From Methylococcaceae bacterium (GTDB lineage Bacteria; Pseudomonadota; Gammaproteobacteria; Methylococcales; Methylomonadaceae): a stretch of 64,000 bases of DNA. Location of the stretch: assembly GCA_037130115.1 (NCBI GenBank), contig JBAXTQ010000003.1, positions 430-64,429 on the forward strand, read 5' to 3'. A model generated the notes under the pieces. The model was given only the letters and a program-made list of their open reading frames with translations, was not told the origin of the DNA and searched no databases. This document shows, piece after piece, positions 28,501-38,416 of the stretch (position 1 is the first letter of the stretch; each line of letters starts with the position of its first letter). A program made the position numbers and the translations under genes.

Positions 28501-30184
28501 AACGAATAAGCTCAGCTTTCAGCGCGTCATATTGTGCTTCCAAATCCTCAAATCGACAGTCTTCTTGACTTAAATAAACCGCTACCGAGTCATCGAACAC
28601 GCCTGTACGCAAAGCAATTACGTTGATGGGTAAACGGTACTCATTTTTCAATTTCAACAGTGCCTTTATGACATCTTGGTAGCTTTGCCCTAAATGCCCT
28701 TCTATACGCAGAAAATTGTAGGGTTCTAAGTCATAAGCCAATGGATCTCTAACAAAATCAGGTGTAGTGCGTCTTACGCCTTTTTGCTGGAAATGATAAC
28801 TTAAATTTTGATCAACTCGATTACGCCGCGTTTTTTCGGCATTCCAAATAAACAGCGGCAGGTAGTAGTAAGGAATGGCTTTGTCGGACAACGGCACATC
28901 GCCTAACTTACTAGGGGTGATTCGGATTAACGGATTTTCTTTTTCATCTAACGGCAGCTTTGGATTATCGGTAAATTGCGCAACCATTTCCACTAGACGG
29001 CAAAATAACAACTTTAATTCTTCACGTTCTTTACAACGTGCTTCGCAACTACTGTTGGCAGGGGAAGGGGTAAAATAATGCCGATAAAAACTAGGGCTGG
29101 TTTCGGAAGCGAAAGGCGTAACTAGTCTTAGCATCAAGTGCCGAGGAAACAAAGTGTCGGGCGGACAACAACTACACAATAACGCCACGCCTTTCCAGCG
29201 AAATTCATCATAGGCTTTAATTATGTCATCGAAGAAATCGTAATAATATTGCAAAAAACGTACTTGGTTCGAGGTAGTTGGTATGGTGTCTAAAAAGCCA
29301 AATTTTGTATTAAAATCAGCAAACGGATCATCGTCTGGAAATAGGTCTTGTACGATAGGTTTGAATGCTAAGTAAGCTTGGCTAAGTGCGACTCCTATTT
29401 TCCTTGCTAATTTACTGTCATCTCTGTTAAAAACCGCATTGAAAGCTGCCAATATATCTTCAGAGCCGATAGAGCGATCGTGGGGCAGTTTATAACGTGG
29501 TAGACGAAAATCGGGTAAGTTCAGTTGTGCGGCCAACACGGCTTCGCGGTCAAAAAAAACAGAGTTAGCTTCTCCCAGTTGATTGACTTCGATGTTCGTT
29601 GCAATGATTTTATCAAGATGTGCTTTTTCAATTAATAATGGTCGCAGGGTTGCTGTTACTTTAGAGCCTTGGTCATCGCAACTATTGGGCGTGCAACTAC
29701 GCAGATTATCTTTTTTTAATTCGAGAAATAGTAGTACGACTTTTTCACCAGCACCCCAAAAATCAACCAATGGTAAGGGGATTACACCTGTTTTATTATC
29801 ATCAAGGTTGTCTTCAACAATTTCCCAAAGTTCATAGGGTACTTTTTTCGGCTTATCTCCTGTTTCATCCAGTTTTGTAAACAGCGGGTATTCAATATCT
29901 TCGGGGGGAATATATCTTTTATAATATCCTAAAGTGGCGTTTTCAGGCTGAACGATAAGATAACCTTCCGAGGTAATACCACAGCCCTTAGTAATAGTGA
30001 TAGTCGATTTTGTCGTATCAACGCTGATTTCCAAACCGCACACGATACCGATACCAATCAGATTAGCGCGGGTAAGACGTTCTTGTTCATCCAGATAATT
30101 AACCGCCTGATTCAAATGTTTATTAGTCAACACTTGATTGACTTCAAAAACGGGATAGTTGTTATTATCTTGTGTAGGGTTCAT
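25541..30184 (-). CDS. Large CIS fibre/appendage protein with three Ig/SprB-like repeats and a PKD-like C-terminus
   Basis: N-terminal PVFEVNQVLT..HLN...YL.EQ.RLTR..L.GIGIVCGL; HKAGVPLGGTFILVY; GG(T/L/K)PPY repeats; TYLWEV. ATG 30184 has GGTGA upstream. Confidence 0.7.
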   Translation of the reverse strand: MNPTQDNNNYPVFEVNQVLTNKHLNQAVNYLDEQERLTRANLIGIGIVCGLEISVDTTKSTITITKGCGITSEGYLIVQPENATLGYYKRYIPPEDIEYPLFTKLDETGDKPKKVPYELWEIVEDNLDDNKTGVIPLPLVDFWGAGEKVVLLFLELKKDNLRSCTPNSCDDQGSKVTATLRPLLIEKAHLDKIIATNIEVNQLGEANSVFFDREAVLAAQLNLPDFRLPRYKLPHDRSIGSEDILAAFNAVFNRDDSKLARKIGVALSQAYLAFKPIVQDLFPDDDPFADFNTKFGFLDTIPTTSNQVRFLQYYYDFFDDIIKAYDEFRWKGVALLCSCCPPDTLFPRHLMLRLVTPFASETSPSFYRHYFTPSPANSSCEARCKEREELKLLFCRLVEMVAQFTDNPKLPLDEKENPLIRITPSKLGDVPLSDKAIPYYYLPLFIWNAEKTRRNRVDQNLSYHFQQKGVRRTTPDFVRDPLAYDLEPYNFLRIEGHLGQSYQDVIKALLKLKNEYRLPINVIALRTGVFDDSVAVYLSQEDCRFEDLEAQYDALKAELIRFLCKEVQYFYDLPYEQESPVTTKTKPILPLLVKQTPDYEVTPMTVGRFLEDADIALGREHDIPAWIIIGDLIDERNRGPGKENIVYIYPVMYLSKIYNAVSDDLAKFNYDSFEKIHKDLIDITTAIEREIEQYYAKRLAGVEDEAENAINVRELAAVTKDFITSGEEIDDRLEAILYACRTDAFKVLYDEYLRRVREIKQKLFLNHFLQSNPGIQHKAGVPLGGTFILVYHAAPKLAVDAQDITPDIITQIVKEFADNTVIADFYLPYQCNSVCEAVQFVLPKILPKLFVIIGCTNEQGFAIVSLTVKGGLPPYDLKIDKQDYRPLSSTVSLAVGTHTLRICDAEGTESLPQTIAIISPITFSVPTYQCSADTSAYRATFNIVGGTPPYTVNEITITGNVYTTDSIDNGTARTINVLDSRLCAAEIEITHHCVQPTFSVTIGCANADGAPVNIILQGNLSLSPYIIKIDDGECQPLSETLTLGVSEHTLTIRDAEGSESIPQTITVAAPIIISEPLFQYDEVSDTYTATLNIEGGTPPYTVNDAGNETVVDSQYTTVPIANGMGGSITVVDSHSCTAGIEFIQTYVTFNVTTGCPNTDSFSALNIIPKGGLSPYEIKINEHEYQVLNEISLPAGEYTLTIRDAGGTESLPQTITVTSAITFDSIDFKCSDDLQTYTATLMLSGGKPPYTINDASIDGNSYTTDSIASKSGVSINVLDSNQCPANMEISHNCCDLPCDGIALRRGYYFSLPNIKENFQAHLTFEYPQGNNIDMSAKVQKVLAEVGGDGNSFADIINKLIIERTGGVDCLKFNYEPSKSGFMDTWWIEYFECLPFEFGYSWPLPSLRFIGSITAITVTPIDSTIVITQRGQVVMTVKTPAFNTVKVNKCNPKSIDEPQCPNELDLKLEIIQQMTTPSNPSVILDVKPSGSVEPVTYLWEVQDGNPAMSNGQRASFSFTQREPNIKTIRLAAFTKDGCRFIQEDIIKLG

Positions 30185-30209
30185 AGCGAAATCACCGTTG
30201 TAAAAAGTT

Positions 30210-33200
30210 TTAGTTAGCGGATGAGCGCAGTGGATAATTACCCAGTGCGGTACTGCCAAGGCGTACCGGATTTTGGTCGCTGCCATCGTCACAGTCATGT
30301 AACGTTGCACCTGGATAGGTGTTGCGTAGTTGGCTAAGCAGGTTGACGACTATCCATAGGCGATAAGAGACTTCAATCCAACCTGTGTATAAGCCATTTT
30401 TACCAATCAATAAATCTGTTAGTTTTGTTTTGGTTTTATCTGATAGTGATAAAGAGCTAAAGCTTTTAATTTCTAGTTCTGGTAATTTAAAGTCTTTCCA
30501 AGTCAGACCGTTAGGGTCGGCTATTGTATTTTGCATCTCTGTATAAAATTGTTCTGCATAACCGCCGATTATTTTAGCAGCACAGTTACATATCGCTTTT
30601 TTCGTAGGCATTGGCTGAGTAGTATCAATACCTGCTTTTAAAATAGCCAATACCCGTTCTTGTAAGCAGACTTCTGTCCAATCAATTTTGGCATTGGCTT
30701 CCAGCCACATATACCATGCAGTTTCAAAGCGTTCAAATTGCCAACCATATAAGGCAATATCGGTAAAATAGGCTAATAATTGGTTATGAATATTTTGCCA
30801 AGTATCCTCTGATACAGAACCAGCACAGTTAAGATTGTGCTTGTTAATTTTTTTAAACAATTTAGCAATTTTTAATTCCCAAGTGATTTTTAGCCAATGC
30901 TGGGTTTTAATCGGATCAAACCATAATTTAAAAGTATCGTTATAAAGTTTAAATATGTTTTTGGCGCATTCGCAAGCTTTGCTGACAGAGCTTGCATCTT
31001 TTTCCAGCAGTTCAGCAATCGTTTCCAATATACCTACGCCACAGGGATTAAATTCAACGCCCGTATTATCCACCCAACAGATTTTCGCCAATATATGGGC
31101 GGGAGTTTCTTGACGAATAGTTCGTTCCGCGAAACGGCGCATTTCCATGTTAATGTTATAAGGTGCTGTCCAGCCTGGCATGACAAATGTTAAACGGAAT
31201 GAATAAGGGTCTATATCAGCACAAAGATTGCAAGCATCGTCAGCGTGAACAGGATAAAGCGCGTCACCTGGAAATTTAGGTCTTAATAACAGATGCTCTA
31301 CGATAATGGCACGCTCGTTAGCACCCCATTGCACTAATTCATCCCTATATTGAATTGCTTCCGTTTTAGTATCAAATTTCGATGGTACTTGCGCCATGAC
31401 TCTATGATGAACATCGGTCAACTTAAGCTTGTAATGACCCGTCTTTTTAACGATTTTATAGGCACCAAGCTTTATTATTTGCGTCATGAGTTCCCCATAG
31501 GCTTGCGCATTAGCAGAACTTATATCATCAGCAGGCAGTGTAAATTTTCCTGTTAGCCATAACTTGTAGTTTTGACCAGTTAATTGAAACTCGGCTTTAT
31601 AATGTCCGTGTGAAGTTTCAGCGATATTCCATACAAACGCTAGATTGGGATAACCTAACAACAAACTAACCCGCTTTTTAAGCACGGGAAAATTATCAGG
31701 TGCGGAGGGATAGTCTTTAAAATTAAAAGCTTTACTTCGACCGCTACTAATCAAGGGATAGGCTTTGAGAAAAGAAATTTTATCTTCAATTAAGCGGTCA
31801 AGCGCGACTTGTTGTCCATTGTAGTTGGTTAATAACATCGCATATTCACCGAATTGTTCGCCAAAGCGTGCCATGATATGATCGAGAAAACGGTTGCGGC
31901 GTTGGTGAAATTCGGGCGGTGTTTCGGTGATGGCTTGCAAGGCGGTTTTATTGAAACCGTTGAGCAAACCGTCATAACCCTGAATCAGTTTTTCGCCCAG
32001 TTCTCTGACGAAATAGGTTCTGTCAATTGAATAATCCAGCGAAAATAATTGTCCAGCATGGGTCAGTTGCGCCAAAGCATTGACTAACAGTTGTTCAAAA
32101 ACCATTAAATAGGCTTTCAGTTGCTTGGCTTGCGCCTTACGTTCTGGCGATGCGCCTGCTGGCAAGCCTTCAGTACCGATGCCGTAAGTTAATGGAAAGC
32201 TGTATTGAAGTGGAAAATAATCTTCGGGATTGCGGAATATCCCCGAAGGAATCGGTAAGTCCATTAGGGGTTCTTTAATTTTTTGGCGTTCCGCTTCGCC
32301 ATGTAGTTGAGTCAATGTTTGATAGGCTTCATCCATTCTAGGCATAAATGGCAAACCATTTTTAAAAAACAAAAACCGTGACAGATTGTGATACAGTCTG
32401 GGCTGGTGTTTATCCTTGACAGTCAGCACCCACGCCGCGCTGGTTTTATTGCTGTCAAAGCCTGTTTCTGTTGGGTCTGCCTGACCTTTTACCAGCCTGC
32501 CTTCGGCATCATATTTGCTCAGCAACAGGTTGTTGACTGCCACCACACCATCAATATGTACTAAACGATTGATAATGTCTGAGGTACGCAGTGTGGTTCT
32601 TAACTCGGCAGCTTGTAATTCGTCATCTTTGATGAAACCACAGTTAAGTACAGGGCCATTAAAAATGGTTTCTACGGGCGTGTCGTTATCCAACAATTCC
32701 TGCAAGCTGTAAAAGCGTATGGGTGGATTAAAATAGTTTTCTATTTCAAACCAGATTTGTGCCTGTACCCGCTCAATATCGGCATCGGGGGTAACTTCTA
32801 TGTCAGCACAAACGGCGATGTCTTCAATATTGACGCTGTTGACGTGGCAGAATTCTTCATCGAGATTGCGGTGTTGCTGCAATGCAGTTTTAGCGGCTTC
32901 CACCGCTTCGTTGATTTTAAGCAGCTTGTTCCAGTAGCGATCAATAAAGCCTGCATTATTCAACGCTGCTTGTATAGCAGTAAGGATATTTGCATCGTTT
33001 TTAGCGGTTATATCGCCAAACAGGCGTATTGCAGCCTGCTCCGTAACATCGTTTTTTTCACCTTTTATTTTTATCGTGAAACGCACAAAAAAAACATTGC
33101 GCCAATGATTGCGTAAATCTGGAACGGTGAGTTTGTTAAACGCTGTGCTGGTAGCTATTTCAACGTTGAGTAACTTAAAGGCAGCCTCTTTATTATTGAA

Positions 33201-33875
33201 TAGCCCGTTACGCGCCAAGCCGTCATTCGGAAAACGCATTTCCAGAATCACGGAATGTGGATTGCCCTCGTTATCAAAAACCGTATAACTATGCTCGATT
33301 TTGTGATCATTCAAGTCACCAAATTCAGGATCAGCTTCAAGTTCAAGCAACACTTCATACAAGCCGTTTAGTTCAACTTTTTTGGGAGCTGACAATCTGG
33401 CTGTATCAGGCTGTGGTGGTTGATAAGAGAGTTGTAACTGTCCATTTTGATAGTTGGTGTAATAGCCGAACTCACAACTGCAATGACTGCACAACACCCA
33501 CGCATTGCGAACCCCCACTAGATCAATTAATAAACGGCGAAAATCATCGGGCGTGACAGGATTAACCGTGAGAATATCTCTGGCAGTAAAAAATGCCTGA
33601 TTAGGAAAAGGTTGAGTTGAATCAGCGGGAGGATTTTCGGGAGTGAGTAAATCCTGAATATCCCAGTTTGCCCGATAAGCCAGATCGGTAATTGTAAAAC
33701 ACAAGGCTTCAAGGATAGTGATACCTGGATCATGGGTGTTGTAATCCGTCCATCCCTCACTTGCCATTTTTTCAATAAAACCGATGCCGACACGCCGAAG
33801 TTGATAATAATCTTCAGCTATTTTCAGCGTGGGTTGTTTGGGTATGCTGTCAGGTAGCTTGTTCATGATGGACAC
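30210..33875 (-). CDS. CIS baseplate protein (Afp12-like) with Cys-rich C-terminal extension
   Basis: WTDYNTHDPGITILE, DFRRLLID..GVRNAW, LQQHRNLDEEF, RNRFLDHIMARFGE, VEHLLLRP, DPYSFR, ETPAHI. Confidence 0.88.
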   Translation of the reverse strand: MSIMNKLPDSIPKQPTLKIAEDYYQLRRVGIGFIEKMASEGWTDYNTHDPGITILEALCFTITDLAYRANWDIQDLLTPENPPADSTQPFPNQAFFTARDILTVNPVTPDDFRRLLIDLVGVRNAWVLCSHCSCEFGYYTNYQNGQLQLSYQPPQPDTARLSAPKKVELNGLYEVLLELEADPEFGDLNDHKIEHSYTVFDNEGNPHSVILEMRFPNDGLARNGLFNNKEAAFKLLNVEIATSTAFNKLTVPDLRNHWRNVFFVRFTIKIKGEKNDVTEQAAIRLFGDITAKNDANILTAIQAALNNAGFIDRYWNKLLKINEAVEAAKTALQQHRNLDEEFCHVNSVNIEDIAVCADIEVTPDADIERVQAQIWFEIENYFNPPIRFYSLQELLDNDTPVETIFNGPVLNCGFIKDDELQAAELRTTLRTSDIINRLVHIDGVVAVNNLLLSKYDAEGRLVKGQADPTETGFDSNKTSAAWVLTVKDKHQPRLYHNLSRFLFFKNGLPFMPRMDEAYQTLTQLHGEAERQKIKEPLMDLPIPSGIFRNPEDYFPLQYSFPLTYGIGTEGLPAGASPERKAQAKQLKAYLMVFEQLLVNALAQLTHAGQLFSLDYSIDRTYFVRELGEKLIQGYDGLLNGFNKTALQAITETPPEFHQRRNRFLDHIMARFGEQFGEYAMLLTNYNGQQVALDRLIEDKISFLKAYPLISSGRSKAFNFKDYPSAPDNFPVLKKRVSLLLGYPNLAFVWNIAETSHGHYKAEFQLTGQNYKLWLTGKFTLPADDISSANAQAYGELMTQIIKLGAYKIVKKTGHYKLKLTDVHHRVMAQVPSKFDTKTEAIQYRDELVQWGANERAIIVEHLLLRPKFPGDALYPVHADDACNLCADIDPYSFRLTFVMPGWTAPYNINMEMRRFAERTIRQETPAHILAKICWVDNTGVEFNPCGVGILETIAELLEKDASSVSKACECAKNIFKLYNDTFKLWFDPIKTQHWLKITWELKIAKLFKKINKHNLNCAGSVSEDTWQNIHNQLLAYFTDIALYGWQFERFETAWYMWLEANAKIDWTEVCLQERVLAILKAGIDTTQPMPTKKAICNCAAKIIGGYAEQFYTEMQNTIADPNGLTWKDFKLPELEIKSFSSLSLSDKTKTKLTDLLIGKNGLYTGWIEVSYRLWIVVNLLSQLRNTYPGATLHDCDDGSDQNPVRLGSTALGNYPLRSSAN

Positions 33876-36800
33876 CCGCAGGGTTCGCCAGAGTCGATGG
33901 TCTGATCCGAATTAAGGGCATCTTCTATTTTGTGCTGGTTGGCGGATACTAAGATCGAGATTGCTTTTGAGCCTTCTATTTCGCTAACAGCCAGTACACC
34001 ACTGCGATCCGTTTCGGATTTTATAAAGCTAAAGTCAGTGACATAATCAACATAAGGTTGCTCTTCGACAAAATTAAGTAGGGTGGATAAATACACTTTG
34101 CCACCAAAAGTCGGATTGCCACCGTCTGAAAATGCCCATGGAGAAAGAAAATGGGTAATTGCGGTATCCAGCGTTTTTGTATAAAAACTTTTGTCGAAAC
34201 CCTCGTAAAACTTCACTTTAAAACCGACTCTAACTTCTTCAAATTGCGGATTTTTAACGTACAGCTTGACAAAGCACGACAGCTTTTTTTGTAAAAAGGC
34301 TTCAATTTCTGCCAATACGCCAAGACTGGTGTAAGGGCGCAGCGGATTATGCAGATTATGGTATTGCTGATTAGGTAGGGTAACGATGGTAATATGCCCA
34401 GGCGCAAGTTCATCGTAAATGCCCTGCCCTGTTTCATCAGGTACATACTGCGTATGGTTTAAACATTTCACTCGATAAATTTGCGGAAAGGCTTCCAGTA
34501 TCAAGTGTTCATAATCCCAAAGGGTGATGGTGCGATCTTTATGGCGTAAGCGTTCACTAACACGCGTATAAAAAGTGCTGGCTTGTTCAGCGGCACGACC
34601 ACCAAAATTGGCAAACGGTTGACTGACTTTTTTAACCGCCGCATCAGGTTGTTTAAGTTTATTGATGGTTTCAGCGGCTAAGGTGTTTGCCAAAAAAGCA
34701 GGGTCATTATTTTGGTTATCAAACGTCACTTTTAAACTTTGTGCGGATACGGCTAATAATTTACAGACTGCCTCACTTTTTTCAGTTACCGCCGCTTTAA
34801 GCCAGTGTTGTCCAGCGGGTAGCAGGGTATTGGTTGCTGTCGCTGTGTCAGGCATGGCGAAGGTAATAATGCCCGAATTAATCAAGCCATTGGTGTTGTC
34901 CTGCACATCATATTGACCAAATTCCAGCCATTCGTTATTGCCAAGATAACTCCATTGAATGCTTGGGTGGGTTAAAAGCGGGTCGGCAGTGCCGTCCGCA
35001 ACCTGGAAAAGTAGCGCAAGGTTTTGTGGAGGCTTTAGACCCGTTATGCCGATGTAAAATTCGGCGTTATCAAATTGGGGAACAAGAAAAACTTTTTTCA
35101 GGGCATTTAACAAACCATGTTGCTCGCATTGACCAAAAGGTGTTACATGAAAAAATTTTGCGGGGCGTTTTTTAAACGTTAACTCATCGCTATTCAGTTG
35201 AGTGACCTGCTTAGCTGTGGTGTAATCTAAAGTAAGTTCAGCAACGAATGGACCGACGGGTGGGGTGGGTTTTTTTTCAGTAGCTGTGTCCTTGACATTT
35301 TTCAAATCAGATTTAATTACTTCCGAGTTACTAATAGCTTGCGCAATGGTGGCTTTGGTAGCACTCACATCACTTACTGCCTTGACTCCATTTAAGCTAT
35401 TTTTGACAGTATCAACCTTGTTTATGATATTTGTTATGTTGCTTTCGATATTTAATGTTTTAGCTATGTAATTAAATAACTCTTGCTCATATTGACTTTG
35501 ACCAAAATCAGTATCGATTTCTAAACGAATAAAACCGTGTCTGGTGTTGGTATTGTAAAATTCTGAGTCCGAAAAATCTGGGATATTGACAGACAGTTTT
35601 TCTGAGTCCAAAGTGCTGAAGTTTAAATCAAAAATGACCTGTCCATTTGACTTAGGCAACTTCTTAATACCGTATGTATTAATTGGTAAAGACCATGCAC
35701 TATTTTGTAAGTATTTGAAATTGACGTTGACAGTCTTTTTATAAGGTTTAGGCGGATTTTGCCATTTAACATTGACAGTTACACTGGCGAGTACTTTTTG
35801 AAATACTTCTTTTGAGCCAATAATCAACGCACTGTTTGCAAAGGGTAATGCACCAAATGGTTGAAATGGTTTTGAAGTATCGACCGAACCAAAATCATTG
35901 GACACTGCCAGAGTTTTTAAGCCTATCACATCGGCTGTTATCGCAATTTTCTGCACAGTCATTGCTTCGAGCGAGGCGTAAATAAAATTTGCTTTATCAC
36001 TATGAGCAAGCTTAACAAGCAACATTGGCAAATCAGTTTCAAACTGGTATCCATGACTTTTAGCTGAATAGGGTGTAATAGCAGGGTCAGCGCCATCTAA
36101 ATTAATGATTAACTGTAACTGGCTCTTATTAGAAGATAACTTGAATGTAGTGACTTTGGCCGGAAACCACTCCTTCTCAGTTGTAACAAGACAAATTACA
36201 TCATCGCTACCATTCAAGTTTGAATCAGTAGCTCCGTCAATTGTAAAATCAACGGTAATGATACGAGTCCCTTCCGCCAACCATAAATAATGCGAGGCAA
36301 TCGCAAAACCCACTTCCGCCTGCGGCATATTAATTTGGGTTAATTTCCCGTTTTCATAAACTTTATTCGAAAAAGGATGCCAGGATTGATCAACTGTTGT
36401 GAGTTTTGCCCCTAAACCATCGGCAGAATCTGCTTTAGGTGATGCAAATAAGCGATTATCTAAGTCATTTGGTTTCTTTGGATCGTATTTATGTCGATAC
36501 AGTGTTTTTAATTCGGTTACTTTGGCTTGATTGGCAACAAAATCCCGCTCATTGGCAAAAAAGACCTCGACACCTAAATCATCTTTGCCTGCTTTAAATA
36601 GTTCATCTTTTTTTATCTCGTGCGCATCAACGTGTTTGGCTAATTCGATTAACAGATGCACGTGACTGGGTTCAGCGGGTTTTTCCTTGAGTCTTAAAAT
36701 ATCGCGGTAATAAAAATCCAGATGCCGTTGGGTTAAGGTATTGGTTTCCATCCGTGCATAATCAAACAGCTTTAAAAAAGCCAGAAACAGTGCGTAGTGC

Positions 36801-37690
36801 GGTTCGTGCTTGTTCCAATCGCCAAAAGTTTTTTCCAGTTCGGCTTTTGCATCAATGACAACACGCGCAAAGACTTTTAAGAATTGGTCGAAAATAGCGG
36901 TGAATAGGTTGTGGGTGGCGATATGGTTAAGTCGCTCGAAAATCGTATTTCCACCACCATAAATTTTTGTTGCGGGATATTTTATCGAATCGTTTAGGTT
37001 TTTTAAGTAATCAGCCCAGTTGGAAGTTTTATCTTCCGTAATCCAATCTTTGGAAAGCCCCTGATCTCTTACCTCTTTAAATGTTGCCATTGCTCCCATG
37101 ATGTCGAATTTTGGTTTTACATCATTTAGATAAGGCGCATTAGGTGGCGCAGGAGGATTAGGAGTCAATCCGTCTCTATAGTGTAATATTAATTGCCTGA
37201 ATCCTGACGCTAGTTGGTTTTGAATTAAATTTTGTATTGTATGTTTTAATGGAATCTCTATGGGTAAGCTTTCTTTTAAATCGTCTAACTGTTTAGCTAA
37301 AGTTCCAATACTGCTAAACAAGCAGCCTAACTGATTCTTTAATTCAAGCTCGCTGTCTTTATGTTCCCGATTATTTAAAAAATCGAATGACTCTTTAACA
37401 TTGATTTTGTAATATTCAATATCTTGTATCGCTGCCATTGCCAGTTGTACGGAGACATCACGACTAAAAAACACCTCCCAATCACCTGTTGCCGTGTTAT
37501 TGCTACCGTAAAATTTCAAATAGCTGGAATACGCTTTGGCAAACACCACATCATTTTCAATTTTTCGCTCATCGACTTTTACATAATCGGGTTTCAGTTG
37601 GGCAGAAACGCGCTGATCCTGACTGGTTCCCTGATGAATCAGTCTTAAGGTGTCGATGTTTGGTTCGCATTTGTCAGCAGTCATAATCAA
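33863..37690 (-). CDS. CIS baseplate J/gp47-like protein (Afp11-like)
   Basis: PHYALFLAFLKL...NTLTQRHLDFYYRDILRL, SERLRHKDR.ITLWDYEHLILEAFP, EQPYVDYV. Confidence 0.9.
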   Translation of the reverse strand: MIMTADKCEPNIDTLRLIHQGTSQDQRVSAQLKPDYVKVDERKIENDVVFAKAYSSYLKFYGSNNTATGDWEVFFSRDVSVQLAMAAIQDIEYYKINVKESFDFLNNREHKDSELELKNQLGCLFSSIGTLAKQLDDLKESLPIEIPLKHTIQNLIQNQLASGFRQLILHYRDGLTPNPPAPPNAPYLNDVKPKFDIMGAMATFKEVRDQGLSKDWITEDKTSNWADYLKNLNDSIKYPATKIYGGGNTIFERLNHIATHNLFTAIFDQFLKVFARVVIDAKAELEKTFGDWNKHEPHYALFLAFLKLFDYARMETNTLTQRHLDFYYRDILRLKEKPAEPSHVHLLIELAKHVDAHEIKKDELFKAGKDDLGVEVFFANERDFVANQAKVTELKTLYRHKYDPKKPNDLDNRLFASPKADSADGLGAKLTTVDQSWHPFSNKVYENGKLTQINMPQAEVGFAIASHYLWLAEGTRIITVDFTIDGATDSNLNGSDDVICLVTTEKEWFPAKVTTFKLSSNKSQLQLIINLDGADPAITPYSAKSHGYQFETDLPMLLVKLAHSDKANFIYASLEAMTVQKIAITADVIGLKTLAVSNDFGSVDTSKPFQPFGALPFANSALIIGSKEVFQKVLASVTVNVKWQNPPKPYKKTVNVNFKYLQNSAWSLPINTYGIKKLPKSNGQVIFDLNFSTLDSEKLSVNIPDFSDSEFYNTNTRHGFIRLEIDTDFGQSQYEQELFNYIAKTLNIESNITNIINKVDTVKNSLNGVKAVSDVSATKATIAQAISNSEVIKSDLKNVKDTATEKKPTPPVGPFVAELTLDYTTAKQVTQLNSDELTFKKRPAKFFHVTPFGQCEQHGLLNALKKVFLVPQFDNAEFYIGITGLKPPQNLALLFQVADGTADPLLTHPSIQWSYLGNNEWLEFGQYDVQDNTNGLINSGIITFAMPDTATATNTLLPAGQHWLKAAVTEKSEAVCKLLAVSAQSLKVTFDNQNNDPAFLANTLAAETINKLKQPDAAVKKVSQPFANFGGRAAEQASTFYTRVSERLRHKDRTITLWDYEHLILEAFPQIYRVKCLNHTQYVPDETGQGIYDELAPGHITIVTLPNQQYHNLHNPLRPYTSLGVLAEIEAFLQKKLSCFVKLYVKNPQFEEVRVGFKVKFYEGFDKSFYTKTLDTAITHFLSPWAFSDGGNPTFGGKVYLSTLLNFVEEQPYVDYVTDFSFIKSETDRSGVLAVSEIEGSKAISILVSANQHKIEDALNSDQTIDSGEPCGCPS

Positions 37691-38130
37691 ACACTATCAG
37701 GCAAAAGGTTAACGGTGCTGGTTAGATTAATATCAGTCCCTTGCAATTTGTAATACGGATATACAAAATTGAATCTCGAATTAGTGGATTTAACCCGATA
37801 GATAATTTCTATCAACACGACACCCTCCAATTCCTGGCTATCATCCAGATTGACGCTTTCCAGCTCAATACGCGGTTCGTGGTACAAAATAGCGGATTCG
37901 ATGGTATCTGCCATCAGGGTTTTCATACGCGTATCGAGATTTTCGAATAACAATTCATCCAAGTTACAGCCATATTGCGGCAACATAATCCGTTCGCCGC
38001 GTATTGTCCCTAGCAGTATTTCCAGACTGGAGGCTATATCATCTTCGCGTTCCAGCATATTGACACTTCCATTACCTAAATTAAAAGACGGTGGAAACGA
38101 CCAGCCACGACCCAAAAAAGAATTTTCCAT
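37687..38130 (-). CDS. gp25/GPW-like baseplate wedge (Afp9-like)
   Basis: FLGRGWSFPP, DIASSLEILL.TI.GERIMLPQYGC, HEPRI, NSRFNFVYPYY. Confidence 0.93.
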   Translation of the reverse strand: MENSFLGRGWSFPPSFNLGNGSVNMLEREDDIASSLEILLGTIRGERIMLPQYGCNLDELLFENLDTRMKTLMADTIESAILYHEPRIELESVNLDDSQELEGVVLIEIIYRVKSTNSRFNFVYPYYKLQGTDINLTSTVNLLPDSV

Positions 38131-38131
38131 T

Positions 38132-38401
38132 TTAACCTCCGATTTGTACGGTCAATGCGCCAGGTGGCATAACCACACCACCCGCAGCGGTTGGATCAGC
38201 AATTCTGGCAGCGGGCATTCCGCCTATCATTACGGTTGCCGAGCCTTTGATAATGGCATCGACTCCACAGCTATCACCCATGCAGGCAGCAGGTAGTCCT
38301 GCAATCAAAACCGTTGGCGCACCAGGCGGCATAATAGGTACTGGTGCGCCAAAAGTCGCACTACTAACAATCATATCGGTGATGCGAGCAGCAGGTGGCA
38401 T
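38132..38401 (-). CDS. PAAR spike-tip protein (Afp10-like)
   Basis: PPAAR / LPAAC / MPAAR repeats. Confidence 0.9.
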   Translation of the reverse strand: MPPAARITDMIVSSATFGAPVPIMPPGAPTVLIAGLPAACMGDSCGVDAIIKGSATVMIGGMPAARIADPTAAGGVVMPPGALTVQIGG

Positions 38402-38416
38402 TGTTTATAACCTCTA

